Positions 1-11,871 are shown, counted from the first letter of the stretch. The stretch is DNA of 64,000 nucleotides from an uncultured Spirochaetota bacterium (GCA_963734545.1 CAVTHO010000009.1:287968-351967), one strand, 5' to 3'. Numbers and translations are program-made. Notes: generated by a model from the letters alone, not told the origin.

Positions 1-160
1 AACGCCGCACCGCGTTCAGCGCGAGCAGGATCACGCCGGTGCCTGCCGCGTCCAGTCCGTTCGGCATGAAGTGCTTCAGGAAGGAGAGCCCCCACCATAC
101 AAAGAGCGTCCCCCACGCAACGGCTTCAAGAATGCCACCCAGGTTCTTCCTGTCTTCCAT
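1..160 (-). CDS. Small membrane protein, runs off the window edge (MEDRKNLGGILEAVAWGTLFVWWG...)
   Basis: Translated by hand. ATG at 160 preceded by GGAGG, hydrophobic segments, directly downstream of the thioesterase gene. Confidence 0.7.
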   Translation of the reverse strand, partial: MEDRKNLGGILEAVAWGTLFVWWGLSFLKHFMPNGLDAAGTGVILLALNAVRR

Positions 161-184
161 ACATGCCTCCATTCCTTCTCTGAT

Positions 185-718
185 CTACGCGTCCAACCAG
201 CGCTGAAACGCCGGGATATCGCCTGCTTGATATCGCATCTTCATGGCCATCGCCCTGGTCTGCTCTGGGGAAAAGAGGAAGTACTTCCCGAGAGCTTTCG
301 CATAGATGCTCCCCTGTTCGTCGTAGAGAGCGCCCTCGGCCGACCAGCACTTTCCCCGTCCCGTTGCCACGCGCGCCCGGGCCAGGTATTTTTGTCCCAG
401 CAGAACGGGCTTCACGAATCGCACAGTCAGCTCGGCGGTGCATGCCAGGAGGTCGTTCCTGAAGGAAACGCTCCAGCCGCTCAGCTCGTCGAGCAGAGCG
501 CTGATCACCCCGCCGTGGACCACGTTGTCATAGCCTGTCTGCGCGGCATCCGGCTGGAACCACGCGCATACTTCGCCTTCGTCGCCCGTGAAGAAGCGCA
601 TGCGCAATCCCCGAGGGTGGTGCTGTCCGCAGACATAGCATCCGTCGTAGCTGGGGAGGTACGTGGTGATCCCTGGCTGGCCGATGGACTCTGTCGATGA
701 ATGCAGCTCCGTGTTCAT
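185..718 (-). CDS. PaaI-family (hotdog-fold) thioesterase
   Basis: CYVCGQHHPRGLRMRF and VHGGVISALLDE motifs. AAAGGAGA RBS before the ATG at 718. Confidence 0.9.
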   Translation of the reverse strand: MNTELHSSTESIGQPGITTYLPSYDGCYVCGQHHPRGLRMRFFTGDEGEVCAWFQPDAAQTGYDNVVHGGVISALLDELSGWSVSFRNDLLACTAELTVRFVKPVLLGQKYLARARVATGRGKCWSAEGALYDEQGSIYAKALGKYFLFSPEQTRAMAMKMRYQAGDIPAFQRWLDA

Positions 719-739
719 TCTGTCTCCTTTCAGATATTC

Positions 740-761
740 ACATACCAAACGTTCGGTATGT
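740..761. promoter_or_regulatory. Putative TetR operator (copy 2)
   Basis: Palindrome ACATACCAAACGTTCGGTATGT upstream of the thioesterase, near-identical to the copy at 1412-1433. Confidence 0.75.
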
Positions 762-779
762 AAGCCTACCAACGAAAGC

Positions 780-1391
780 TCATGCCCTCAAGCCGCTGAT
801 CAACACCTTTTTCAACGTGGCCATGATCGTCCGGTAGTCCACGAGCTCCCGCTCGGATATCGGCCGGGAGCAGGCGGTTCCGCGCAGCATTCCCACGATG
901 GTGAGCGCGGCAAGCGCCGCGTCTATGTCCTCCCTGACCTGCCCCGCCGCCTGCCCCTTGCGGATGATCTGCTCGACGAAACGGGTCAGCTCGCCATAGA
1001 CCTGCTGCAGGGCGGCGGCCAGCTCCGGCCTGACACCTTCCAGCTCCGTCATCATTCCATTGAGAACGAGACAGAAAGCCTCGTTTCGCTCCAGGAAAAG
1101 GGCATGATTGTCCAGCAGCGCGGACAGCCGGTCGATTGCGTCATGGGAGCCTGCCACTTTTCTTGCCACGGAATCTCTCCAGGTGACGCGGATCTTCTCG
1201 ATCACGGCGAAGAATATCGCCTCCTTGCTCTCGAAATGATGGTACAGCGCGCCCCTGGTGACCTCGACGGCCCCGGCCAGGTCGGCGATCGAGGTGGCGA
1301 TGTAACCCTTACGGACAAAAAGACGGGCTGCCGCCTCGACGATGCGCTCGCGAGTGTGCTCGCTCTGCAATGCTCTGCTCGTTTTCTCCAT
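780..1391 (-). CDS. TetR/AcrR-family transcriptional regulator
   Basis: N-terminal HTH: IVEAAARLFVRKGYIATSIADLAGAVEVTRGALYHHFESKEAIF. Confidence 0.95.
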   Translation of the reverse strand: MEKTSRALQSEHTRERIVEAAARLFVRKGYIATSIADLAGAVEVTRGALYHHFESKEAIFFAVIEKIRVTWRDSVARKVAGSHDAIDRLSALLDNHALFLERNEAFCLVLNGMMTELEGVRPELAAALQQVYGELTRFVEQIIRKGQAAGQVREDIDAALAALTIVGMLRGTACSRPISERELVDYRTIMATLKKVLISGLRA

Positions 1392-1411
1392 ATGATATTG
1401 CCGTTCTGCTC

Positions 1412-1433
1412 ACATACTGAACGATCGGTATGT
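1412..1433. promoter_or_regulatory. Putative TetR operator (copy 1, autoregulatory)
   Basis: Palindrome (TC)ACATACTGAACGATCGGTATGT(GA) between the -10 box and the tetR start. Confidence 0.75.
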
Positions 1434-1439
1434 GAAGAG

Positions 1440-1468
1440 ATATTAGCCCAGGGGGACGTTCCTGTCAA
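1440..1468 (-). promoter_or_regulatory. Sigma70-type promoter for tetR
   Basis: TTGACA-17 nt-TAATAT on the minus strand. Confidence 0.65.
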
Positions 1469-1486
1469 GAAAAATCGGCAGATTTC

Positions 1487-4000
1487 CTACCGGCCGCCCG
1501 ACTCGCCGGGAGCCGCAAGATCGTCCGCCACAAAGAGGAGCACCGGCTGAAAGCCCGTGGGATAGCTCATCATTGTGGTCCAGACCTGCGTGACACCCGA
1601 TGCCGTCCACACTTTCCCGTTCTTCGATTTCGCGGAAAGGAGATACCGCACCACGGCGCCTTCCGGCACCTGTATCGCTTTGCCGAACGTGGCCTTGTCC
1701 CGGCCGCGGCCGGGCCGGCTGAAAACGGTGTCCGCACCATAGGGCGCGCGGGTCCGCTCATCCACGATCTGCACCGAGATCGCATACTCTCCCTTGTCGT
1801 TCCTGTCGAAGTCTTCCTTGTCCGCGGCCCGCTCCCTGCCCCGGGGCATCCGCGAGAGGTAGCCGGTGACCGTGGTGGGGCTGCCGATGGGGGGCCAGCT
1901 CAGTCGAGGATTGTCGCCAAAGACAAGGAACGGTATGTCGACGTTGACCTCGTCGTCGGCAGCCTGCGCTTCGGTATAGGAAAGGAAATGTCCGGCCACG
2001 GTCCGAATGACCGTTTCCACCTCCACCAGCCGATCCCTGTTCAGAGACACTGCGTCGGACCGGGCGGACAGCGCCACCAGGCGATCGGCACCCTGCCGTT
2101 TCGCCTCGACAGGCGCCGTGAACTGCGCGATAACCTCATTTGTCCGATAGTATCGGACGGTGACCTGCGCCTGCGTGCCGATCTGATCGCCGTTGCTGGA
2201 AAGAGCGGAAACCGTGGGGCCCGGGAGCTTCAGGTTCCTGGCCGTGACGGTGATTCGGTCACGACCGGTCTCCGCGGGCGGCGGGGGGGAGCCGCCGCCG
2301 GCAGGCTGTCCCTTGTCCGGCTGAGGTCCCCCGGGAGGGATTGCGGCACCCGCAGCGTCGCGCGTCACGCGCAGGCTGTAGCGGAGCCTCGTGCCGTCCT
2401 GCGCGGTCACGTCGATGACAACGATGCGCCCGACACCCGGCTGCAGGGGAATGGCGCGTCCTACCTGCCCCGCAGGACTGCCGTCGATCGCCACCGCTGC
2501 TGCCCGGCTCTGCGCGCGGGCGGAGAGCACCACCATCTCGACGTTTGACGGGACCCGTGCTTCATACTGCAGGATCGATGGATCGAAGGCAGGCGCGAGC
2601 TGCGCGCCCGTGAGCTGCAGCATGGACAGGAGGGCGTTGTCGTCCAGGATCACGGGCGCCGCAGCCCTCTGGATCTGCACGCGGTAGAGCTTCTGGGAGC
2701 CGTCCTCCGCGACCACCACGAAAGAGGCGGCATTGGCCGCGCCGGGATCCACGGCGATGGTGACATCCAGGCGCGGCGCCGGCTTCAGGTTCGGCAGCTC
2801 GGCAACGCTCACCAGCGCCACGGGGCTCGCCGCAACCGCGGTCACCACCACGCTCTCGACGGCGGCCGGCAGCCCGACGCTGTACGACACGATCCGCGGC
2901 GTGAACACGGGGTTCAGAGCGCCGGACGAGACGCCGAGTGAGGCAAGGTCGGCATTGCGATCCGGCGGGGCCCGGCGTATGTCCACGAGGTACTGCTGCG
3001 CCGTTCCGTCTTCCGCGGTGACGGTGATCGCGATTGCGAGCCGGCCGCGGGGAAAGGCAACCACGGCGCCTGCAGCGGAAGCCGGGTCTCCCCGGGGCTG
3101 AAGCGGCGTCGCGCCGCCCCCGATGGGCAGGGACGCGACGCTCACCGTGGCCACGCCGCTCTGAGGGCGCGCATGCACGACGAGCTGCTTTGTGGCAAAG
3201 GGAGCGAGCGCCTGGTACCTCCCCTGCGAGGGTGAGAAGGCGGGAAAGATCGGAGCGTTCTGCAGATCCAGCGTTTCGAGCGCGGCGTTGCTGTCCGGCG
3301 CGGCCCGGGCGATGCTCACCGTGTACCGGTCCCTGGTCACACCGTCCTCCGCAAGTGTCTCGATGGTGACCGCGCGCTCCTGCACCCCCTGGAACTCCAC
3401 CGTGCCGGTCCCCGCGGCCCCGCGGAACTCGGCTCCGTCTATCGTGACGCTCTTCATGTAGGGGCTCTGGCCCCTTGCTTCAACCCGGACGGCGGTGGCC
3501 GCAAAGGGGACGACGACAGTATAGCTGTGCACCGCCGGGTTGAATGCCGGCTGTAGAACGGCCCCCCGGGGAAGCACGAGCGCGGAAAGTCGCGCATTGC
3601 TCTGCGCTTCCCGGACGAACACCTTGTATGGCCAGGGCTTCTTTTCCCCAGGCAATTCGATCGCGTAGATCACGGGCACGGAGAAGTCATTTGGCGTGAC
3701 GCCGTTCTCCTGGACAACCCGGCTCCCGCTGGAGATCACCGTGATGGCCGCTGCCTTGTTCAGGGTGAGGGTCGCCACCAGGGTGCGCACGTCTGTCCCC
3801 GGGGGAACGACCAGGTGGACCTCCTGGGGAAAGGGACGCTCATCGATCGCACCCGCTATGGTCTGGGCCAGCGATTTGTTCACCCCGGCAAGAAAAACGA
3901 AACTGTCCAGCGGCCCATGCCCCCTGCCTATGCTGGCGCAGCCCGCAAGGCCCGCGAGGATAATAACCGAGACAACCGCGCCCCGGAGAAGCTTACGCAT
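1487..4000 (-). CDS. Lipoprotein with tandem cadherin-like beta-sandwich domains
   Basis: Lipobox LAGC. About four repeats of NAxLxxL...LxPAFxP...Y...VTAEDG..Y, then a Pro/Gly linker. Confidence 0.8.
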   Translation of the reverse strand: MRKLLRGAVVSVIILAGLAGCASIGRGHGPLDSFVFLAGVNKSLAQTIAGAIDERPFPQEVHLVVPPGTDVRTLVATLTLNKAAAITVISSGSRVVQENGVTPNDFSVPVIYAIELPGEKKPWPYKVFVREAQSNARLSALVLPRGAVLQPAFNPAVHSYTVVVPFAATAVRVEARGQSPYMKSVTIDGAEFRGAAGTGTVEFQGVQERAVTIETLAEDGVTRDRYTVSIARAAPDSNAALETLDLQNAPIFPAFSPSQGRYQALAPFATKQLVVHARPQSGVATVSVASLPIGGGATPLQPRGDPASAAGAVVAFPRGRLAIAITVTAEDGTAQQYLVDIRRAPPDRNADLASLGVSSGALNPVFTPRIVSYSVGLPAAVESVVVTAVAASPVALVSVAELPNLKPAPRLDVTIAVDPGAANAASFVVVAEDGSQKLYRVQIQRAAAPVILDDNALLSMLQLTGAQLAPAFDPSILQYEARVPSNVEMVVLSARAQSRAAAVAIDGSPAGQVGRAIPLQPGVGRIVVIDVTAQDGTRLRYSLRVTRDAAGAAIPPGGPQPDKGQPAGGGSPPPPAETGRDRITVTARNLKLPGPTVSALSSNGDQIGTQAQVTVRYYRTNEVIAQFTAPVEAKRQGADRLVALSARSDAVSLNRDRLVEVETVIRTVAGHFLSYTEAQAADDEVNVDIPFLVFGDNPRLSWPPIGSPTTVTGYLSRMPRGRERAADKEDFDRNDKGEYAISVQIVDERTRAPYGADTVFSRPGRGRDKATFGKAIQVPEGAVVRYLLSAKSKNGKVWTASGVTQVWTTMMSYPTGFQPVLLFVADDLAAPGESGGR

Positions 4001-4055
4001 ATTCACCTGCTTTCCGGGGGCGATTATACCACGTCTGTAAAACTAGCGGCGCGCC

Positions 4056-6301
4056 CTATGCCTTCTTCCGCGCGAAGGTCATCCAGGTAGCGCGCACGAT
4101 GAACACGAAGATGACCAGCCCGCCGATACCGAAGATCGTATCCGGCAGGATCCTCAGGTAGTTCAGCAGCTTGATCACGGGCCCGAGGTGATCTCGGGGC
4201 TTCGCGCGTACCAGACGCCGTACGTGATGGCGTAGTAGAGCTGGTAGAATGCGGACGGGCGAAGGCTGAGGAGCATCATGCCCAGCAGGCCTCCGTTCAG
4301 AAGCCAGAACGCCCATTTCAGCAGTCCGCTCGACCACGCCTTGATCGGCACGATGTGGCGCACGGAGAAGAGCATGAGAGCGATGGCGAGGATGCCGTAG
4401 ACCCCGAAGAGCGCCGTGTGCGCGTGCAGCGGAGTGGTGTTCATGCCCTGCGCGTAGTACAGGACGATCGGCGGGTTGATCAGGAACCCGAACACGCCCG
4501 CGCCCACGACGTTCCAGAACGCCACGGCGATGAAGAAGTACACCGGCCACTTGTACGCGTAGTTGCTGCCCCCCGTCTTCAGCGTTTTCAGGTTCTGCGC
4601 CGTCTCGAAACCGAGCAGCGCCAGCGGAACGATCTCCAGCGCGGAGAACACGGCGCCCAGCGCGATGATGGGTGTCGGCGTGCCTGTCCAGTAGAGGTGA
4701 TGGAACGTGCCGATCACCCCTGCCCCCAGGTAGAGGAAGATGCTGACGTAGACGACCTTCAGGGCGAACTTCGGCGCTCACGGCGCCGATGCGGGACAGG
4801 ATGAAGGCGAGCACCACGGTGGCGAACACCTCGAAGAAGCCCTCCACCCAGAGGTGGACGACCCACCAGCGCCAGTACTCCGCGTCCGAGAGATCGCTCG
4901 ACCTGCCGTAGAGCAGGCCGGCCATGTAGAAGAGCGGGATGGCCACCGCGCTGTACAGCAGCACGTGCGTGAGACCGCCGTTGTCCTTTTCTCCGGGAAG
5001 GGCGGGACGGATGGCCCGTACCACCAGCACGAGCCAGATGATCATGCCGACGATGAGCAGGATCTGCCAGACGCGGCCGAGCTCGATGTACTCATAGCCC
5101 TGGTGGCCGAAGAGGAACCCGTTGGAGCCGAACCGGCCCTGGACGGACAGCCACGTTCCCGCCAGGGATCCGAGCACCACGATCACCACGGCCAGGAACA
5201 ACGCCAGGGAAAGGGTCGCCTGTCGCTTCGGCTCCTTGCCCACGAACGGTCCGATGAAGAGACCCGTGGCCAGGAAGCAGGTGGCGATCCAGAAGATCGC
5301 GAGCTGGAGGTGCCAGGTGCGCACCGCCGCGTAGGGCAGGATCTTCTGAATGGGCACGCCCAGGAAGGTCGCGCCTTCGACGGTGTAGTGCGCGGTCAGT
5401 GCTCCCAGCACGACTTGAAGGACGAACAGCGCCATCGCCGTGATGAAATAGGCCAGTGTCGTCTTCTGACTTCCCGTGGGCTTCGGCTCGCCGAACTTCG
5501 TGCACGAGCTGCGCCGAGTAGTCCGCCTTCGTGCATGTAGCGCGCGTAGAGGAATATCGCGCCTGCCGAGGAAAAGGATGAGGATGATGACGCTCACGAT
5601 GGACCAGATCAGGGTGCCGGCAACCGGCTGGTTGCCCACGAGCGGGTCGAACGGCCAGTTGGTCGTGTAGGTGACGTTGTCTCCCAGCCGATTGGTGCCC
5701 GCCGCCCAGGCCAGCCACGCGAAAAAGCTGGTGAGATTGTGGCCCTCGGCGTCCGTCTTGACGATACCGGGCTGCAGCCCCATGCGGTCGTTGCCGTCCC
5801 GGAAAAGCGCCGTGTAGTACCCCTGGAGGGCGGCAAAGGCCTCGGCCTGCGCGGGAGTGAAAAGGAGCTTGTCGGCCGCCGGGTCGTAGCGGTTCGTCTT
5901 GATCTCCCGCGTGGCCAGCGCGCGCAGCTCTGCCTTCTTCAGATCGCTCCATGGCATCGAGATCTTTCTGCGTGAAGGCCGCCGCGGCGTTCGCGGTGTA
6001 GGCCGGTGAGCCGTGCCCCCACGTACAGGCCCATGCGGTGCAGAAAGTCCGCCGACCAGTCAGGCGCAAGATAGGAGCCGTGGCCCCAGATGGTGCCCAT
6101 GTCCTGCCCGCCCCTGCTCAGGTACAGCTTCTGCCCGCTTTTCACGTCGTCGCGGGTAAAGACGGTCTGGCCCGCGGCGGTTGTCACCGTGCCGGGGATG
6201 GGTGGTTTCTCCTGGTGGATCAGATACCCTCCGAAGAGGAGCACGCCGAACGTAACGGCGAGCATGAAGAGTAAAAGAGCACGCACCTTTGGATTGTTCA
6301 T
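4056..6301 (-). CDS. norZ: Quinol-dependent nitric oxide reductase (qNor), split by several frameshifts
   Basis: GTIWGHGSYLAPDWSADFLH, YTTNWP, RTWHLQ, WRWWVVHLWVEGFFEVF, GTFHHLYW and TTPLHAHTALFGVYG motifs spread over three ORF pieces. GGAGG RBS before the ATG at 6301. Confidence 0.92.
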
Positions 6302-6345
6302 GCACGGACCTCCTGCGGCGCTGCGGCCAATGATTTTACGGTCGC

Positions 6346-6741
6346 CTAGTCCGCGACCTCGGACAGGTTCGTATCGCGAAGAAAACCGAGGTACTCCTTC
6401 CTGACCCTCGCCCACCCCTCGTGGAGCATGCAGTGCTCCTTCCGGGTGCACTGGGCCCTGCCCAGAATGCATCCCTTGATCCGGCTCACGTGCTCGATGG
6501 GCTCGAGCACGTCGTACAGGGAGATGCTCCCCCGGGCCCGGGCCAGACGGAACCCGCCCCTGCTCCCCTTGCGGCCTTCCAGCAGGCCGGCCCGGGCAAG
6601 CTGGCGCAGGAGCTTGCCCAGGTAGTTCCGCGGGGCCTTGATCCGCGCCGCTATCTCCCCCGCCCCCTTATACGCGCCCGCGGGGAGGCCGGCGAGGTAC
6701 GCCATGGCCTTGAGGGCGTGCGTGCCCGTCCGCGTGATCAT
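6346..6741 (-). CDS. Rrf2-family Fe-S regulator (probable NO sensor)
   Basis: YLGKLLRQLARAGLLEGRKGSRGGFRLA wHTH and three C-terminal Cys (CILGRAQC...HCMLH). Directly upstream of qNor. Confidence 0.9.
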   Translation of the reverse strand: MITRTGTHALKAMAYLAGLPAGAYKGAGEIAARIKAPRNYLGKLLRQLARAGLLEGRKGSRGGFRLARARGSISLYDVLEPIEHVSRIKGCILGRAQCTRKEHCMLHEGWARVRKEYLGFLRDTNLSEVAD

Positions 6742-6873
6742 ACGATCCGCTTCTGAATAGGATATTCGCATGCGATTCCCATTATTAACACGGGCGCCGA
6801 AAACCTGTCAAGAAAAAACTCGAGAGCCGGCCGCCGCTTCTCCCGCCCCCCGGAGCGTGCTATAGTGCGCGGG

Positions 6874-7626
6874 ATGAGTTCAAAACGCTATCCGCCGATG
6901 GAGGCGTTGTCGCCGACCGGGCAGACGCGCGTGGTGCGTGAAATCTTCACGACCGGCCACGAGAGGTACGACCTGCTCAATCACCTGCTGAGCTTCCGTC
7001 GCGACCTTGGGCTGGCGCGCGGTGGCGGTGAAAAGGATGCGTTTTGGACGCACCCTCAGGTTCCTCGACGTGGCCACCGGCACGGCAGACCTGGCAATCG
7101 CAGCGGCGCGCCGGTTCCCGCGCATCGCAGTCACCGGCATCGATTTCGCGGCGCCGATGCTGGAGGTCGGACGCAGGAAAGTGCGGGAGGAGGGACTGCA
7201 GGAGCGCATCAGCCTGGAAGAAGGGGACGCACTCGCGCTGCCCTTTCCAGGCGGGTCCTTCGACGTCACGGCGGTTGCGTTCGGCATGCGCAACATACCG
7301 GACCGGCGCCGCGCGCTCGGCGAGATGGCGCGTGTCACGGTCCCGGGCGGGCAGGTGATGATCCTGGAGATGACCTTCGCGCCCGTCCCGGCTCTTCCGC
7401 CCGCTTTACGGCTTCTATCTCAGGCGCGTCCTCCCGGGCATGGCCCGGCTCTTCGCGGGCAATCCGGCGACGTACTCACTACCTGGGAGACTCGATCAGG
7501 CACTTTCCCTCTCCCGACGCCCTCCGCGCCCTCATGGAGGAGGCCGGGCTTCGGGAAGTCACTTATACCCGGCTGACCTTCGGAGTCGCGTACCTGCACA
7601 TCGGCCGTGTACCAGGAGGCGCATGA
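6874..7626 (+). CDS. ubiE: Ubiquinone/menaquinone C-methyltransferase, frameshifted
   Basis: YDLLNHLLSF, LDVATGTADLA, VAFGMRNIPD and YLGDSIRHFP motifs across two frames. Confidence 0.9.
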   Translation: MSSKRYPPMEALSPTGQTRVVREIFTTGHERYDLLNHLLSFRRDLGLARGGGEKDAFWTHPQVPRRGHRHGRPGNRSGAPVPAHRSHRHRFRGADAGGRTQESAGGGTAGAHQPGRRGRTRAALSRRVLRRHGGCVRHAQHTGPAPRARRDGACHGPGRAGDDPGDDLRARPGSSARFTASISGASSRAWPGSSRAIRRRTHYLGDSIRHFPSPDALRALMEEAGLREVTYTRLTFGVAYLHIGRVPGGA

Positions 7627-8481
<855 letters not shown>

Positions 8482-8485
<4 letters not shown>

Positions 8486-8510
8486 CACCTCCATGATCGT
8501 TGGTTAGATT
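8482..8510 (+). promoter_or_regulatory. Sigma70-type promoter for the nuo operon
   Basis: TTGACA-17 nt-TAGATT upstream of nuoA. Confidence 0.6.
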
Positions 8511-8538
8511 CTTAACGGCGCCGGGCCGGGCAACAACG

Positions 8539-8943
8539 ATGAGCGCAATACTATCTTTGGCGGTCTATCTTGCAGTCGTCGTCCTCCTCGTCGGCTTTCT
8601 GATGCTGGTGACGCATCTCTCGGGAGAGCGCCACTTCCAGAGCGGCACCGGAATTCCCTACGAATCCGGCGTTCCCCTCACCGGTTCGGCCCGGCTGCGG
8701 TTTGCCGCTGATTTCTACCTCATCGCAATGTTCTTCGTCATCTTCGACATTTCCGCCGTGTTTCTCTTTGCATGGGCGGTGGCGGCGCGGGAGCTGGGCT
8801 GGCCCGGCTACGTTGCTGCCGTGGTATTCATGATCGAAACGGTGGCGGGCCTCGCGTATCTATGGAAGAAGGGCGCCTTCGACTGGGGCGCGCGCAGGCT
8901 GCGGGAGCACCGGGAAAGGCACGGGATGGGTCATGCTGCGTAG
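8539..8943 (+). CDS. nuoA: NADH-quinone oxidoreductase subunit A
   Basis: PYESG and [12 protein letters not shown] motifs, operon position. Confidence 0.93.
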   Translation: MSAILSLAVYLAVVVLLVGFLMLVTHLSGERHFQSGTGIPYESGVPLTGSARLRFAADFYLIAMFFVIFDISAVFLFAWAVAARELGWPGYVAAVVFMIETVAGLAYLWKKGAFDWGARRLREHRERHGMGHAA

Positions 8944-9553
8944 AAAGCGGCCCGTCGGGCTGCCGCGGGGCCTGGAGCGCCAGGCCCCGAGCAACGACGT
9001 CTACATGGCCCGCAGGAACGACCTGATTGCGTGGGGCAGGAAATACTCGATGTGGCCCTTCAACTTCGGCCTGTCCTGCTGCTACGTGGAAATGGCCACT
9101 GCCATCACGAGCAAGTACGACATTGCACGGTTCGGCTCAGAGATCATCCGCGGCTCCCCGAGGGAAGCCGACGTCATGGTGGTGGCAGGGACCGTGTTCG
9201 CCAAGATGGCCCCGCTGGTGCTGCACATGTACGAGCAGATGATGGAACCCCGCTGGGTCATCTGCATGGGCTCCTGCGCCAGCTCGGGAGGAATGTACGA
9301 TATATACAGCGTCGTGCAGGGAGTGGACTCGTTCCTCCCCGTCGATGTCTACGTCCAGGGATGCCCTCCCAGCCCTGATTCATTCATGAGAGGCCTCGTC
9401 CTCCTGGGAGAAGCGGTTGCCACGGAGAAGCGCCCGCTCTCGTGGGTCGTGGGACCGCAGGGGGTCATCCGGACGGTGAAACCGTCGCTGCGCGACAACA
9501 TGCGCCCGGAACGGCAGAAACAGACAGATTTGCGCTCGCCTGACGAAGTCTAG
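8933..9553 (+). CDS. nuoB: NADH-quinone oxidoreductase subunit B
   Basis: [19 protein letters not shown] and VYVQGCPP motifs. Confidence 0.96.
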   Translation: MLRRKRPVGLPRGLERQAPSNDVYMARRNDLIAWGRKYSMWPFNFGLSCCYVEMATAITSKYDIARFGSEIIRGSPREADVMVVAGTVFAKMAPLVLHMYEQMMEPRWVICMGSCASSGGMYDIYSVVQGVDSFLPVDVYVQGCPPSPDSFMRGLVLLGEAVATEKRPLSWVVGPQGVIRTVKPSLRDNMRPERQKQTDLRSPDEV

Positions 9554-9585
9554 GCGGGCTATCCGCGGCTCGGGAGATTGGGGAG

Positions 9586-11336
9586 ATGACCGCAACGACG
9601 GGAACGATCGGGGAGATCTCTGAAAGGTTCGGCGCGGGCTCTCTCCATGCGCAGCCCACGAAGGACGGGGTCCCCACAGTCTGGGTAGGCGCGGAGCGCT
9701 TCCGGGACGTCCTGGCCTGGCTCAAGTCCGGCCCGGGCGGCTCCTACAGCATGCTGCTGGACATCACGGCCATCGACGAGCGCGAGCCGGGCGCATCGGG
9801 AAGATCAGCCGCCCGCTGATTTCAGCGTCGTGTACCACCTCGTCTCCATGGACCGCAACCGGGATGTGCGGCTCAAGGTGCCGCTCCAGGGATCGAATCC
9901 CGCGCTGCGCACGATCACCGACCTCTGGCCCAACGCGGACTGGTACGAACGCGAGACGTGGGACATGTTCGGCATCACGTTCGAAGGACATCCGCACCTT
10001 CGCCGCATCCTCATGCCTCCCTGGTGGGAGGGTCATCCCCTGCGCAAGGAACACCCTGCCCGGGCGACCGAAATGGGCCCTTACCACATGACGAGCGCGG
10101 ATGCCCAGCGCATGCTGGCCACCCTGGAGTTCAAGCCCGAGGAATGGGGCATGAAACGGGAGAGCGGGGACCACCAGTACATGTTCCTCAATATCGGCCC
10201 GCAGCATCCCTCCACGCACGGCGTTGTCCGCTTCACCGTCCAGCTCGACGGAGAAGAGATCCTGGACCTGGTGCCCGACATCGGCTTCCATCACCGGGGC
10301 GCCGAGAAGATGGGGGAGCGCCAGACCTGGCACACCTACATCCCCTACACGGACCGCATCGACTACCTGGGCGGCCTGCTGAACAATTTTCCGTATGTGC
10401 TGGCCGTGGAGAAGCTCGCCGGAATCGAGGTGCCCGAGCGCGCGCAGGTGATCCGCGTGATGATGGCGGAGCTGTTCCGCATCATCAGCCATCTCGTCTT
10501 CTACGGCACTTTCAGCGCGGACCTCGGCCAGATGTCTCCCCTGTTCTGGATGTTCAACGACCGGGAGCGCGCCTTCGACATCGTGGAGGCCGTCACCGGG
10601 GGCCGGATGCACCCCGCCTGGTTCCGCATCGGCGGGAGTGGCCATGGACCTGCCCGCCGGGTGGGACCGCATGATGCGGGACTTCATCAAGTACATGCGC
10701 AGGAGACTGCGTGACTATGACGTGACGGTGATGAAGAACAGGATCGTCAAGGCGCGCACAAAGGGCATTGGCCTGGTGAGCAAAGAGGAGGCCATTGCGT
10801 GGGGGGCCACGGGGCCTTTCCTGCGCGGATCCGGCGTGGACTGGGATCTCCGGAAGAAGAGGCCCTATGGAGGATACGAGAAGTTCGAGTTCGATGTCCC
10901 CATCGGGGCGAACGGGGATTCCTATGACAGGGTCGCCGTCCACGTGGAGGAAATGCGGCAGAGCCTCCGCATCATGGAGCAGTGCCTGAACAACATGCCG
11001 GCAGGGCACTACAAGTCGGATCACCCGCTGGCCACCCCGCCCCGGAAGGAGCGGACGATGCACGACATCGAGACGCTCATCAACCACTTCCTCGGCGTGA
11101 GCTGGGGACCGGTTGTGCCGCCCGGAGAGGCAATCGCGGTGGCGGAAGGGTCAAAGGGGAATCACGCGTACTACCTCGTGAGTGACGGGGGGACCATGAG
11201 CTACCGGACCCGGATCCGCACGCCATCCTTCGCGCACATCCAGATGGTGCCCATGCTCTGCCGTGGGCTGACCGTCCCCGACATGGTGGCAATCCTTGGA
11301 AGCATCGACTACGTTCTGGCGGACATCGACAGGTGA
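9586..11336 (+). CDS. nuoCD: Fused NADH-quinone oxidoreductase subunit C/D, two frameshifts
   Basis: [21 protein letters not shown] in the same ORF as [14 protein letters not shown]-terminus IRTPSF...[13 protein letters not shown]. Confidence 0.93.
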
Positions 11337-11352
11337 GGGGGTCGAAAGGGAC

Positions 11353-11871
11353 ATGCTGAGTCCGGAGGAGAGGCAAAAGATAGAGGAGGAGGCGCGGCAC
11401 CACGAGCAAAGGCGGGCCGCCGTCTCCGAGGCGCTTCTGATCGTCCAGGAAAGCCGGGGATGGGTTTCGGATGAGGGCATCGCGGACGTGGCGGAGATTC
11501 TCGGGATGAGCGTGGAGGAAGTGGACGGGATCGCCACTTTCTACGAGCTGATCTACCGCAAGCCCGTGGGAAAGCACGTCATCATGGTCTGTGACAGCGT
11601 GAGCTGCTGGATCACCGGTGAGGAGCGCATCAGCGCGCATCTCCGCCAGAGGCTGGGCATCGAGCCGGGCGGCACCACGACCGACGGGGCGTTCACACTT
11701 CTGCCGGTGGGCTGTCTCGGCGCATGTGACGCGGGCCCCGCAATGATGGTGGACGGAGAGCTCTTCGACAATCTGACACCCGAACGGGCCGACGAAATCC
11801 TGGCGCGCTACGGGCTGCCGCGGGGAGCGGCGGACGGGATGGGAGCAGATGCTCAAGCCGCTCACCGCTGA
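11353..11871 (+). CDS. nuoE: NADH-quinone oxidoreductase subunit E
   Basis: ATFYELIY, CDSVSC and CLGAC 2Fe-2S motifs. Confidence 0.93.
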   Translation: MLSPEERQKIEEEARHHEQRRAAVSEALLIVQESRGWVSDEGIADVAEILGMSVEEVDGIATFYELIYRKPVGKHVIMVCDSVSCWITGEERISAHLRQRLGIEPGGTTTDGAFTLLPVGCLGACDAGPAMMVDGELFDNLTPERADEILARYGLPRGAADGMGADAQAAHR

